This document shows, piece after piece, positions 8,788 through 17,658 of a DNA stretch of 54,550 bases. Origin of the DNA: a virus (taxonomy: Duplodnaviria > Heunggongvirae > Uroviricota > Caudoviricetes); IMG/VR virus record IMGVR_UViG_3300023184_000028, positions 1 through 54,550 of that record, one strand, 5' to 3'. Position numbers and translations under genes: made by a program. The notes beneath the pieces are model-generated. The model saw nothing but the letters and a program-made list of their open reading frames with translations. It did no database searches and had not been told where the DNA came from. How positions within the stretch are numbered: the stretch's first letter is position 1; each line of letters begins with the position of its first letter.

Positions 8788-8880
8788 TGACATGATGTCA
8801 TGATTAAATAGTTATCATATGACATATTGACATAATATATGTAATTTTAACAATATTTTTCCAATGGCACAAAATTAGTT
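8788..8880 (+). promoter_or_regulatory. Candidate sigma54 promoter with upstream TGACA repeats
   Basis: TGACATGATGTCA palindrome (8788-8800), TGACATATTGACA (8820-8832), TGGCACAAAATTAGT (from 8865; GG-N10-GT). Confidence 0.5.
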
Positions 8881-8925
8881 GATTTGTTGGAAAATAAAAA
8901 ATAAATTTATTAAAAAAACAAAATT

Positions 8926-9315
8926 ATGTACAATTCAAGATTTGACAAATTAATGGACGGGATTTTTGAAGGTTTTGCATACCCAACCTACTCAACACAT
9001 TACAAGAGTATGGAAAACACGCAACCTTACGAAATAAACTACACAAAAGATGGTGCATACCTAATCTTTGAAGTTCCTGGATTTAATAAATCTAACCTGA
9101 AAGTTGAGATGGAAGACGGTACTCTATATGTAGATGGTACAAGAACCTACAAACGGGATGGTGAAGATATTAATAAATCCGTAAAACAAACTTTTAAGAT
9201 TGGTAGAGAATATGACCCATCAAATATTGAAGCGACAATAGAGGACGGAATTTTGAGTGTGTTCGTACACAGCTACAAAAAATCAGAAAAAAAGAAACGT
9301 ATCAGTTTGTTGTAA
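8926..9315 (+). CDS. Small heat-shock protein Hsp20 (alpha-crystallin domain)
   Basis: EVPGF.K..LKV..EDG.L.V.G and IEATIEDGILSV motifs. Confidence 0.9.
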   Translation: MYNSRFDKLMDGIFEGFAYPTYSTHYKSMENTQPYEINYTKDGAYLIFEVPGFNKSNLKVEMEDGTLYVDGTRTYKRDGEDINKSVKQTFKIGREYDPSNIEATIEDGILSVFVHSYKKSEKKKRISLL

Positions 9316-9320
9316 AAATT

Positions 9321-9347
9321 AAACCTCCTAAATGGAGGTTTTTTTTT
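9321..9347 (+). terminator. Intrinsic terminator
   Basis: AAACCTCC-TAAAT-GGAGGTTT followed by a T-run. Confidence 0.75.
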
Positions 9348-9375
9348 AATTGATATATTTATAATAAAATTATTT

Positions 9376-10212
9376 ATGAAAAATTTATTTAATGATATTT
9401 CAAAAGAAGAAAAACAACGTATCTTGGAAATGCATGGGATTAAAAAACCATTGATATTGGAACAGTCTTTAAGTATTGGAAATTTTCCTACGGGTAGTAG
9501 TCATAATCTTAAATTAAAAAATGACTCTTCAGGAAAAGTTTTTATATTAAAAATAAAAACAAATAATGGTAGAAGTTTATGGGGAGATTTATTTTTAAGA
9601 GGTACACAACTCTTTTCTGACGAAAATTTTTTTATTGAGGGAAACACTATTTGTACGTATTTAGGTGGAAATAGTTCCCGAAAAAAAGTTTTTGAACTTG
9701 TAACTAATGCGCCATCAAAACCAAAAACAAATAATCCTAAACCAACATCCGAATGTCCTCAAAGTGCTTCTGCTCAAAAAATATTTGGTGGAAGTAAAAT
9801 AAATTTATATCCTGACCAAAGTCAAACAACACCAAGCATATCACAAGTTTGTGTTACAGATATAATTGAAATTAAAAGTGACAAGTTAGACGCAAATTTC
9901 AATCAAGCGGAAAAAGGTTTTATTTTACCAACAAACATATCAACCGCATATAATAAAAGTGAAAAACTAAAACTATACTTTGTTTGTGGTTACGATTATT
10001 TAATAAATAATAATGAAAAACAAGTTGGGGAGGCTTTATCCGCATTGGTAGGAGAATACGATTCTTTTGAACATAAACTATATCAAGAAAATGTTACTGC
10101 GGAACTTAATAAACAATTTTGTTCAACAAGTAAAGGAGGTAAGTTCGTACCTAAAGTTAAAAATTCTAAATTTGCATCAACTGGAGGAGGAACGAACTCT
10201 GACGTTGCTTAA
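9376..10212 (+). CDS. Hypothetical protein with leader ISKEEKQRILEMH...LILE
   Basis: 278-aa ORF preceded by TATTTAT. Confidence 0.7.
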   Translation: MKNLFNDISKEEKQRILEMHGIKKPLILEQSLSIGNFPTGSSHNLKLKNDSSGKVFILKIKTNNGRSLWGDLFLRGTQLFSDENFFIEGNTICTYLGGNSSRKKVFELVTNAPSKPKTNNPKPTSECPQSASAQKIFGGSKINLYPDQSQTTPSISQVCVTDIIEIKSDKLDANFNQAEKGFILPTNISTAYNKSEKLKLYFVCGYDYLINNNEKQVGEALSALVGEYDSFEHKLYQENVTAELNKQFCSTSKGGKFVPKVKNSKFASTGGGTNSDVA

Positions 10213-10236
10213 TTGATATTAATATTTAAAATTATT

Positions 10237-10264
10237 AAACCCCTCCCTAAAAAAGAGGGGTTTT
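10237..10264 (+). terminator. Intrinsic terminator
   Basis: AAACCCCTC-N9-GAGGGGTTTT. Confidence 0.7.
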
Positions 10265-10279
10265 GTTATATTTATTAAC

Positions 10280-10582
10280 GTGAAACCATTTATTAAATAC
10301 ATTATACAACTTGATGCGGATAACGAATTACTTGACGATTATCGTAAACTTAGGTATTTGTTTCAAGGGTATGGGTGGTCTGAAAAAGATTTGGAAAAAC
10401 CCCCATATTACTCGCAGGATATGATGTTTTTGCACGGGGGATTTAATAACAAAAAGCATAAATTAATGAGAGAGTTAAAAACATTTTTTGGTGATATTGA
10501 CGTTTCTGAGGTTTCGGATTATCTTAAAGATAAGATGCAAGAAATAAACCAAGAAATACCTTTATACAACAAGGAGGATTAA
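10280..10582 (+). CDS. Hypothetical protein
   Basis: 100-aa ORF with GTG start just after TATTTAT. Confidence 0.65.
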   Translation: MKPFIKYIIQLDADNELLDDYRKLRYLFQGYGWSEKDLEKPPYYSQDMMFLHGGFNNKKHKLMRELKTFFGDIDVSEVSDYLKDKMQEINQEIPLYNKED

Positions 10583-10583
10583 T

Positions 10584-10826
10584 ATGGCGGTAAAAAAAGA
10601 AACAATACAAGGAACTAAAATAATCAATGAAATTGATTCAAGTAATTTGGTAAAAACCGAATACGATGTTGAAACTAAAAAATTAGTTGCCGAATTTAAG
10701 AGCGGAGCGAAATACGAATACGACGAAGTCCCACACAATATCTACACTAAATTTAGAATGGCCGAATCTCAAGGTAAATTCTTTAATGCTGAAATCTCAA
10801 AAACATATAAATACAAAAAAGTCTGA
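10584..10826 (+). CDS. KTSC domain protein
   Basis: SSNL...YD...K.L..EFKSG..YEY..VP..Y..F..AESQGKFFN..I pattern. Confidence 0.9.
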   Translation: MAVKKETIQGTKIINEIDSSNLVKTEYDVETKKLVAEFKSGAKYEYDEVPHNIYTKFRMAESQGKFFNAEISKTYKYKKV

Positions 10827-10838
10827 TATTTATACTTA

Positions 10839-11597
10839 ATGGATAAAAGTACGGATATATTAAAAAGCTTTTCAGTTAGGCAAGAGTTGAATCCTAAAAT
10901 TTGGATAGACCCAAAAGGTAAAGAAACAAAAATAAAATCAGACATTAGAGAATCTCTATTAGAGATTGCATATCAATTTATTGATTTTCTAAAAGTAGAG
11001 GTTTTTGTTGAAGATATAGTAATGACAGGTTCATTATGTAATTATAATTGGTCGGAATATTCTGATGTTGATTTACACTTAATGATTGACTACTCTCAAT
11101 TTCCTGAAGAACAAGTTGAAGTTTATAAAGAGTTATTAAACATTAAAAAACTTTTATTTAATAATAACCACGACATTAAAATAAAAAATTATGATGTTGA
11201 ATTGTATTGTCAAGATTCAACCGAATCTCATTTTAGTAGTGGAATGTATTCAATTTTATTTGACGAGTGGTTAGAAAAACCAAAAAAAGAAACCGTTAAT
11301 ATAGACAAATTATCAATTAAAAATAAAGCCAAAGAGTGGATGAAAAATATTGATAATGTCATGAAACACGCATCACATGAAGATTTAGATGAAGCAAAAA
11401 ATATTTTAGATAAGTTTAAAGAGAAACTTAAAAAATATAGAACATCAGGATTAGAAAAAAATGGTGAGTATTCTAATGAAAATTTGGTGTTCAAATTTTT
11501 AAGAAGAAATGGTTATATTGAAAAATTATATGATTTTGAGAATAAATTGATGGATAAATCACTTTCATTGTCAGAACACCATATAACAAATGCATAA
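10839..11597 (+). CDS. Pol-beta superfamily nucleotidyltransferase
   Basis: MTGS...SDVDLHL (GS..DxD) plus third acidic strand YDVELY; C-terminal ENLVFKFLRRNG. Confidence 0.8.
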   Translation: MDKSTDILKSFSVRQELNPKIWIDPKGKETKIKSDIRESLLEIAYQFIDFLKVEVFVEDIVMTGSLCNYNWSEYSDVDLHLMIDYSQFPEEQVEVYKELLNIKKLLFNNNHDIKIKNYDVELYCQDSTESHFSSGMYSILFDEWLEKPKKETVNIDKLSIKNKAKEWMKNIDNVMKHASHEDLDEAKNILDKFKEKLKKYRTSGLEKNGEYSNENLVFKFLRRNGYIEKLYDFENKLMDKSLSLSEHHITNA

Positions 11598-11625
11598 ACT
11601 GATATATTTATTAAGAAAAAACATT

Positions 11626-11811
11626 ATGGCAACAACATATTCAGCAGGGACATTTGTATCTTACATATGTCAAGAATGCGTTACAGGTGGCAGTATTGTA
11701 TCTACTAAAGCATTAGATACACCACATCCGTCATATACTAATGGAGTTGGTGACGTTGTCGTGCAATTACAAATGGTAACTCTTGGAGGACCAAATGGGT
11801 TGAACAGTTAA
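11626..11811 (+). CDS. Small hypothetical protein with CxxC
   Basis: Start reassigned to MATTYS at 11626, downstream of TATTTAT (11605-11611). Confidence 0.6.
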   Translation: MATTYSAGTFVSYICQECVTGGSIVSTKALDTPHPSYTNGVGDVVVQLQMVTLGGPNGLNS

Positions 11812-11838
11812 ATAAAAAAAAAATTAAATAGAAATAAA

Positions 11839-13218
11839 ATGGCAGATTTACAACCACTTGGAAGTGAAAAATTAACAGGGATGGATAAAATAAATAGAAT
11901 TCTTGAAATCTCTAGATTTAAAGAAAATTCACCAAATTCTGTTAATGAAACATCAAGAAATGAATATAACTTAACTTTAGCCGATGGTAATGAATATCAG
12001 ATTGTTAGAGAGAAATCAGGATATATAATTAAAAAAACAATATCGGAAGGAACAAGTGATTATATTGAACCTATGAAAAATAGGAAATATTACCCGTCAT
12101 ATTCTCAAGCATTAAAAAGATTAAATTTGATGGCTAAAGAAACTAACACTCTTTATGAAAATAAAGAAGGTACTTCACTATTTTCAGAACAAAAGAAATT
12201 TGTTTTGAAAAATCCAAACGCTGAAAAAAAAAGTCCTGATTTAGGTTCGGATATTGAAAACGTACCTCCTCCAGCACCTGCACCCGCACCCGCAGAACCA
12301 ATGGGTGCAACACCTCCACCTTCCGATATGGGCGGAGCAGATATGCCACCACCACCTCCATCAGGAGAAGAAGGAATGGGAGATGAAACAGCTCCACTTC
12401 CTGACGACATGGGAGGAGAAGGAATGGATGATATGGGTGATGAACACGAAGAAGGTGGTGTAACATTCAAAAGTATACAAAAACTTACGGGGAAATTAGG
12501 TCAAAAATTAAGAACATTAAATTCTGACGAAGAAAATAAAATGTCTTCAAAAGATGTTAAATATGTTATTAATTCTATTTTATCTGCACTAGATATAAAC
12601 TCTTTGGATGACAATGATAAAGAAGAAATTATTTCTAAATTTGACGAAGTAGGTGATGAAGATATGGGTGATGAAGATATGGATGGTGAAGATATGCCGG
12701 AACCTCCTCCATCAGATGATGACATGGGACAAGAAGAAGATATGGATGGTGAAATGAAAGAAGAAGATAACTTATGGAGTGATTTTGCCAAAACAGGATT
12801 AGTTAATACTATGTCAGATATGGCTGTAAATACAATGTCAGACCATGCAAAAATGGGTGAGTTCGGAGAAGAATACGGAGACGACGATAATTCTCATATT
12901 CATAGAATCGCTAATGAATTATTTGTTGAAAATAAAGTTGAAAATATTTTGACAAAATATTTTACACTCACAGAAGGTGAGAAAAAATTTAATGATAAAG
13001 TTAATAAAGAAAGAAAAATAGTTAAAACAATAACTAAAAAAGAAATCACAAAAGAAATTTCACGACTTTCTGAAAATGTTATTCAAGAAATTAGTTCTAG
13101 AAAATTTTTAAAAGAAAACCAAAGTGCTAAATTTGTTGGTAAAACAAATAAAAAGAATTTAGTATTTGAACTTGGAAATAAACAGTATAAAGTTTCAACT
13201 ACGGGAGATATCATATGA
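11839..13218 (+). CDS. Acidic Pro/Gly/Met-rich protein, probable head/core component
   Basis: Low-complexity PPP/DMG tracts; lies upstream of TerL in the late operon. Confidence 0.6.
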   Translation: MADLQPLGSEKLTGMDKINRILEISRFKENSPNSVNETSRNEYNLTLADGNEYQIVREKSGYIIKKTISEGTSDYIEPMKNRKYYPSYSQALKRLNLMAKETNTLYENKEGTSLFSEQKKFVLKNPNAEKKSPDLGSDIENVPPPAPAPAPAEPMGATPPPSDMGGADMPPPPPSGEEGMGDETAPLPDDMGGEGMDDMGDEHEEGGVTFKSIQKLTGKLGQKLRTLNSDEENKMSSKDVKYVINSILSALDINSLDDNDKEEIISKFDEVGDEDMGDEDMDGEDMPEPPPSDDDMGQEEDMDGEMKEEDNLWSDFAKTGLVNTMSDMAVNTMSDHAKMGEFGEEYGDDDNSHIHRIANELFVENKVENILTKYFTLTEGEKKFNDKVNKERKIVKTITKKEITKEISRLSENVIQEISSRKFLKENQSAKFVGKTNKKNLVFELGNKQYKVSTTGDII

Positions 13219-13625
13219 GTTATTTAATTTATGTTAATGGTTTAGGACCAAACTATAAAGGAGATAACATGTATGAATTTATATTTTCCGATGAAATAAA
13301 AAATGTTTGGGATGATACGTGGGACGCGAAGCCCGCTAATGGTTATCCAAAACCACCAAGTTTAGAATTTATAAAGAAAGTCGGAGTATTGAAAGACACG
13401 TCAATTGAGTTTGATTTGATTCAAAATTCCGATTTTTTTAGTTTTACGGATAGTATGGATGATGTGATATCATTGTCTTGGGAAAAAGAAAATGAGGACA
13501 TTGATTTCACAATAACAAAAAGATTAGTATTTAGATTTGGAGAGACTGAAAAGTCAGTTAAAGATAAATTATATGAACGAGATGTCGTTCTTGAGTTTGA
13601 AAAAAAAGTAGTATATGAAAACTAA
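13215..13625 (+). CDS. Hypothetical protein
   Basis: 136-aa ORF coupled to the upstream gene by an ATGA overlap. Confidence 0.7.
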   Translation: MSYLIYVNGLGPNYKGDNMYEFIFSDEIKNVWDDTWDAKPANGYPKPPSLEFIKKVGVLKDTSIEFDLIQNSDFFSFTDSMDDVISLSWEKENEDIDFTITKRLVFRFGETEKSVKDKLYERDVVLEFEKKVVYEN

Positions 13626-14520
13626 CAAATACGCAGATTTAGTTAAGTTTGGGTTTACCCCAAAAACATTGATGACCTTAAGCGAGTCAGATATAAGCAA
13701 ATTACACAGAAACTTAGTTGAGGGTAAAAAAGATGTTTGTCCAAAATGTGGTATGACAAACTGTAAGTGTAAACACAAAAAAACTGAAACTAAGGAACAA
13801 GCCGGAGGAGTCTCAATTACTACATTACCTGCACAACAACAAGTTAAAATGAGTTCTACTGTGGCTAAAACTCAAGGATATAATGCAGGAAATGTGGATG
13901 TTAGTATGGATAATGCAAATAATGTTGTTATTAAAAAACCTTTAGTTTCAGGAAAAGAAGAAGAAGGAAAAGAAGATAATAAAAAATCAAATCCTTGGGC
14001 AATATGTCATTCTCAAGTTGGTCCTAAAAAAAGTCGTAAGTTTGAAAGATGCGTAAGAGCTGTTAAAAAATCTATGCAAGAAAATAAAAATCCTTTTGAT
14101 GTGATTTTAGAAAATAAAATCTTATCTTTGGTGGAGAAACATCTTAATCCAAAAATGACAAAAGGAGAACTTATGAATTTATTAGGTAAAAAAATGGTTA
14201 GTGAAAGTGGTACTAAAGAGAAAGAAGCACCTGTAAAAGACCCAGGTACTAAAACTCCACCAAAACCAAAAACCAAAGACCCGTTTAAACCAGAACCGCA
14301 CAAACAACCAAATCCAAAGGCAAAAAAAGAAACTAAAGAGGCAGTAATGGATGCACCTGTTAAAGAACCAAAGGTTAATCCAGGTACTAAAACACCACCA
14401 AAACCAAAAACCAAAGACCCCTTTAAGCCTGAACCACACAAACAACCAAATCCAAAAGCTAAGAAAAAAATACCAAGTTGGTTAACATTTAATAATTTAG
14501 GAATCAAATTCAAAAAATAA
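13615..14520 (+). CDS. Basic Lys/Pro-rich protein with Cys cluster and internal duplication
   Basis: CPKCGMTNCKC, NPWAIC...KFERCV, duplicated PGTKTPPKPKTKDPFKPEPHKQPNPKAKK. Confidence 0.7.
   Translation: MKTNKYADLVKFGFTPKTLMTLSESDISKLHRNLVEGKKDVCPKCGMTNCKCKHKKTETKEQAGGVSITTLPAQQQVKMSSTVAKTQGYNAGNVDVSMDNANNVVIKKPLVSGKEEEGKEDNKKSNPWAICHSQVGPKKSRKFERCVRAVKKSMQENKNPFDVILENKILSLVEKHLNPKMTKGELMNLLGKKMVSESGTKEKEAPVKDPGTKTPPKPKTKDPFKPEPHKQPNPKAKKETKEAVMDAPVKEPKVNPGTKTPPKPKTKDPFKPEPHKQPNPKAKKKIPSWLTFNNLGIKFKK
14227..14470 (+). repeat. In-frame duplication (~100 bp, two copies)
   Basis: Two copies encoding APVK...PGTKTPPKPKTKDPFKPEPHKQPNPKAKK that differ mainly by synonymous changes. Confidence 0.85.
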
Positions 14521-15788
14521 TGAAAAGTAAAAGAATTAAAGAACAAATTGATTACGGTGATTATCCTGAAAGGATGGACCCAAGTATACAAAGAAAATTA
14601 GAAAGAGGAGAAACTCCTTATTCTAAACATCCGGCAATGCCTGAAGGTGAAAAAAGTTTTGACCAAATTGTTGCTTCTAAAAGATTTAAGGATGTTGTAG
14701 ATAAGTTTGCAAGATATGCGGGTTCAAGAGACCAATTAAACCACCCTAACGCTTTCATGAATTTAATGAGAACTGCTATGGGTTTAATGGGTAATATTGG
14801 TCAGGTAGAACAAAGAAACAAACAATATTTAGAGAATCTTGCCGTTGACTTAGTAAAAAAAGAAATGGGCATACCTGAAGGTAAAATTAACTTTGAAGCT
14901 AGTTTAGTTCCTATGGGTGCAATACAAGCCGCTGAAGATATGCAAGGACAATCTGAGGAATTTTCTGATGAAGAAATTGAAGATGCATTTGGTGAACATG
15001 CCGAGGAATTAGAAGCCTTTGAAGATGCTTTTGAGAAGTTTGACATGGAGAAAGCGAAAAGAAGATTTATGAACTCTTTAATACAGGGAGCGTCTAAAAA
15101 AGGACACTACATGTTTGAATTAGTGAGAACTGAAATAGAAAGAATTAATCCCCAATTAATGAATTGGTATGGACTATCAATGGCTATTTTGGATTATCTA
15201 TATTGGATGTATCCTGAAGACATGGTTATGAGTGCTGCTGGTAGTGGTGCAGGTCAAGCAGGTCAAGAAGAAGTTGATTTAGAAACTGACCCTCCTACTG
15301 TAAGAGCTAAAGGTTCAAGTTTTCCAATCTTAGTTCATGAATTACTTAAAGGTGTTTACGATATTTTAGGTTCTCATGGTTTACCTGATGACCCAAAACA
15401 AGCTGAAATGGTTAGAGGTTCTGAAGATACATTACCTGCAGAAGTTTGGGATTTAAGATTAGGACCAATTTTTTGGGAGAAATTTTTAGCGTCATTCCCT
15501 GATGAGTTATTTGAGGAAGACCAAAAAATGATACAGAACTATCTTATTTCAAGATTTGCAATGTTAACTGCCGATGAATTTTTAAGTTTATCTAAAAAGA
15601 TTTTATCAGGTAGTCCTGAAGGTAGTAAGTACATTAAAAAAATGGTTGATGACATTGTTGCTGATTTAAGAAGTGATGAATATAATCAGGCAATGGGTGA
15701 TGAGGACGATGATGACGGAGGTGATGACGAGGATGATGATGGATTAGGCGATTTATTAGGTGGATTAGGAATTAGTAGACCTAAATAA
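14520..15788 (+). CDS. Hypothetical protein upstream of terminase
   Basis: 422-aa ORF with acidic tail and LVHELLKG motif; function unclear. Confidence 0.75.
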   Translation: MKSKRIKEQIDYGDYPERMDPSIQRKLERGETPYSKHPAMPEGEKSFDQIVASKRFKDVVDKFARYAGSRDQLNHPNAFMNLMRTAMGLMGNIGQVEQRNKQYLENLAVDLVKKEMGIPEGKINFEASLVPMGAIQAAEDMQGQSEEFSDEEIEDAFGEHAEELEAFEDAFEKFDMEKAKRRFMNSLIQGASKKGHYMFELVRTEIERINPQLMNWYGLSMAILDYLYWMYPEDMVMSAAGSGAGQAGQEEVDLETDPPTVRAKGSSFPILVHELLKGVYDILGSHGLPDDPKQAEMVRGSEDTLPAEVWDLRLGPIFWEKFLASFPDELFEEDQKMIQNYLISRFAMLTADEFLSLSKKILSGSPEGSKYIKKMVDDIVADLRSDEYNQAMGDEDDDDGGDDEDDDGLGDLLGGLGISRPK

Positions 15789-15806
15789 ACGAATTATAAA
15801 TAATAA

Positions 15807-15838
15807 AAACCCCTCCGTTGAATAAATGTGAGGGGTTT
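15807..15838 (+). terminator. Hairpin / probable terminator
   Basis: AAACCCCTC...GAGGGGTTT. Confidence 0.55.
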
Positions 15839-15852
15839 AGTATTTATAGTAT

Positions 15853-17622
15853 ATGAGTTTATCAAAAGAACAATTAATTTTAGAATATACAAAGTGTGTT
15901 AAGAACACTCCTTATGCTCTTAAAACATACCTACAGACATACGATAATACTGCGTCTCAGTATGTCCCATTAGAGTTATTTCCTGACCAAATTTCATTAC
16001 TTGAGGATTATGAGACACATAATGAAAACATTGCATTAAAATATAGACAGGCGGGTGTAACAACTGTTACCGCTGCATGGGCATCAAAAAGATTAGCGTT
16101 TGCATCTAAAAAGAAACCTGAAAAGATTTTGATTATTGCAAATAAGTTGGATACTGCGATTGAAATGGCGAATAAGGTTAGAGCTTTTACCTCTCAATGG
16201 CCGAAATGGACAGGTATTGATTTTTCTAAAGAAAAAGATTCTCAAAGACATTATAAATTAAACAACGGATGTGAGGTTAAAGCGGTTGCAACATCAAAAG
16301 ATGCTCTTCGTGGTTATACTCCAACAATACTGATATTTGATGAGGCGGCGTATATTGAGGCTGATGGTGATTTTTGGGCGGCTTGTATGGCATCACTATC
16401 TACGGGTGGTAAGGTTATTGTTATATCAACACCAAATGGATTTGACCCGATTTATTATGAAATCTATGACCAAGCATTGAGGTCAATGAATGAGTTTAAG
16501 ATATCTGAAATGTTTTGGTATAAAGACCCAAGATATACCAAAGACTTGAAGTTGGTTAAAATAGATGATTTAGTACATTATTTCTTAAATAGAAACGATT
16601 ATAAAGAACCTGAAATAATTGATTTTGAAGGTGTTGATTTTAAGGATAGGAATTTTGAGGAGATAAAGAAAAAAATTGCTGATGGGTATAAACCAACATC
16701 AAGTTGGTTTGAAGGGATGGTTAAGAAATTAAAATTTGATAAGAGAAAAATATCTCAAGAGTTGGAGTGTAATTTCTTGGGTTCGGGTGATAACGTTTTT
16801 GATTCAAAACAATTACAAGGTATCTTCCAAAATATGTTAAAAGAACCCGAAAATAAATTAATGAGTAATTGTTTGTGGATTTGGAAGGAACCTGTTTCAG
16901 GTCACAAGTATATTATGGGTATGGACGTATCCAGAGGTGATTCTGAGGACTTTACCTCATTAGTGATAATAGACTTTGATGAAAGAGAACAAGTGTTAGA
17001 ATACGTGGGTAAAATACCTCCTGACGTAGCTGCAGAAGTTGCCTATAAGTGGGGTTTGATGTACAACGCATATATTGTTATTGATATTACAGGAGGTATG
17101 GGTGTTGCAAGTGCAAGAAAACTACAGGAAATGGGATATAAAAATCTATACATTGATGGAGTTGATATGGCAAATCCGTGGAAATATAACCCCAAAGCTT
17201 TAGAAAAAATACCAGGAATTAACTTTAATAATAAGAGGGTTCAAATAATTGCATCATTTGAGGAGGCGTTAAGACACGGATTTAGGATGTATAGTCATAG
17301 GTTATTTAACGAGATGAATACTTTTATCTATATCAATGGTAGACCTGACCACCAAAAAGGACATCATGATGATTTGATAATGGGAATCTCTATGGCGACA
17401 TACGTTGGTGAAAGTTCATTTAGTCAATTAACTAAGGCAACAGACCAAACCAAAGCAATGTTAAACTCATGGCAAGTAAATATTAATGAAGAAACAAGTA
17501 AAGCGGTATCGTTTAACCCCGTATTACCATCAGGCCCAATGATGGGAAATCAAAGATTTGACAATGAACCGTCTAGGAAAGATTATGAAACATATGGTTG
17601 GTTATTTGGTTCAAGAAGATAG
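15853..17622 (+). CDS. terL: Terminase large subunit (T4 gp17-like)
   Basis: LFPDQ Q-motif, KYRQAGVTT Walker A variant, LIFDEAAYI Walker B, ISTPNG, MGMDVSRG and HDDL nuclease motifs. Confidence 0.95.
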   Translation: MSLSKEQLILEYTKCVKNTPYALKTYLQTYDNTASQYVPLELFPDQISLLEDYETHNENIALKYRQAGVTTVTAAWASKRLAFASKKKPEKILIIANKLDTAIEMANKVRAFTSQWPKWTGIDFSKEKDSQRHYKLNNGCEVKAVATSKDALRGYTPTILIFDEAAYIEADGDFWAACMASLSTGGKVIVISTPNGFDPIYYEIYDQALRSMNEFKISEMFWYKDPRYTKDLKLVKIDDLVHYFLNRNDYKEPEIIDFEGVDFKDRNFEEIKKKIADGYKPTSSWFEGMVKKLKFDKRKISQELECNFLGSGDNVFDSKQLQGIFQNMLKEPENKLMSNCLWIWKEPVSGHKYIMGMDVSRGDSEDFTSLVIIDFDEREQVLEYVGKIPPDVAAEVAYKWGLMYNAYIVIDITGGMGVASARKLQEMGYKNLYIDGVDMANPWKYNPKALEKIPGINFNNKRVQIIASFEEALRHGFRMYSHRLFNEMNTFIYINGRPDHQKGHHDDLIMGISMATYVGESSFSQLTKATDQTKAMLNSWQVNINEETSKAVSFNPVLPSGPMMGNQRFDNEPSRKDYETYGWLFGSRR

Positions 17623-17658
17623 TATTTATAAAAAAAACAAATAGATTAAATTTAATAG

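Noticed and set aside
12143-15046. Ser/Phe/Gly-rich minus-strand ORFs and alternative-frame ORFs in the low-complexity genes
   Set aside because: Mirror frames of low-complexity acidic or Lys/Pro coding sequence
14520-15788. Zinc metalloprotease call from LVHELLKG
   Set aside because: HExxK rather than HExxH; insufficient support
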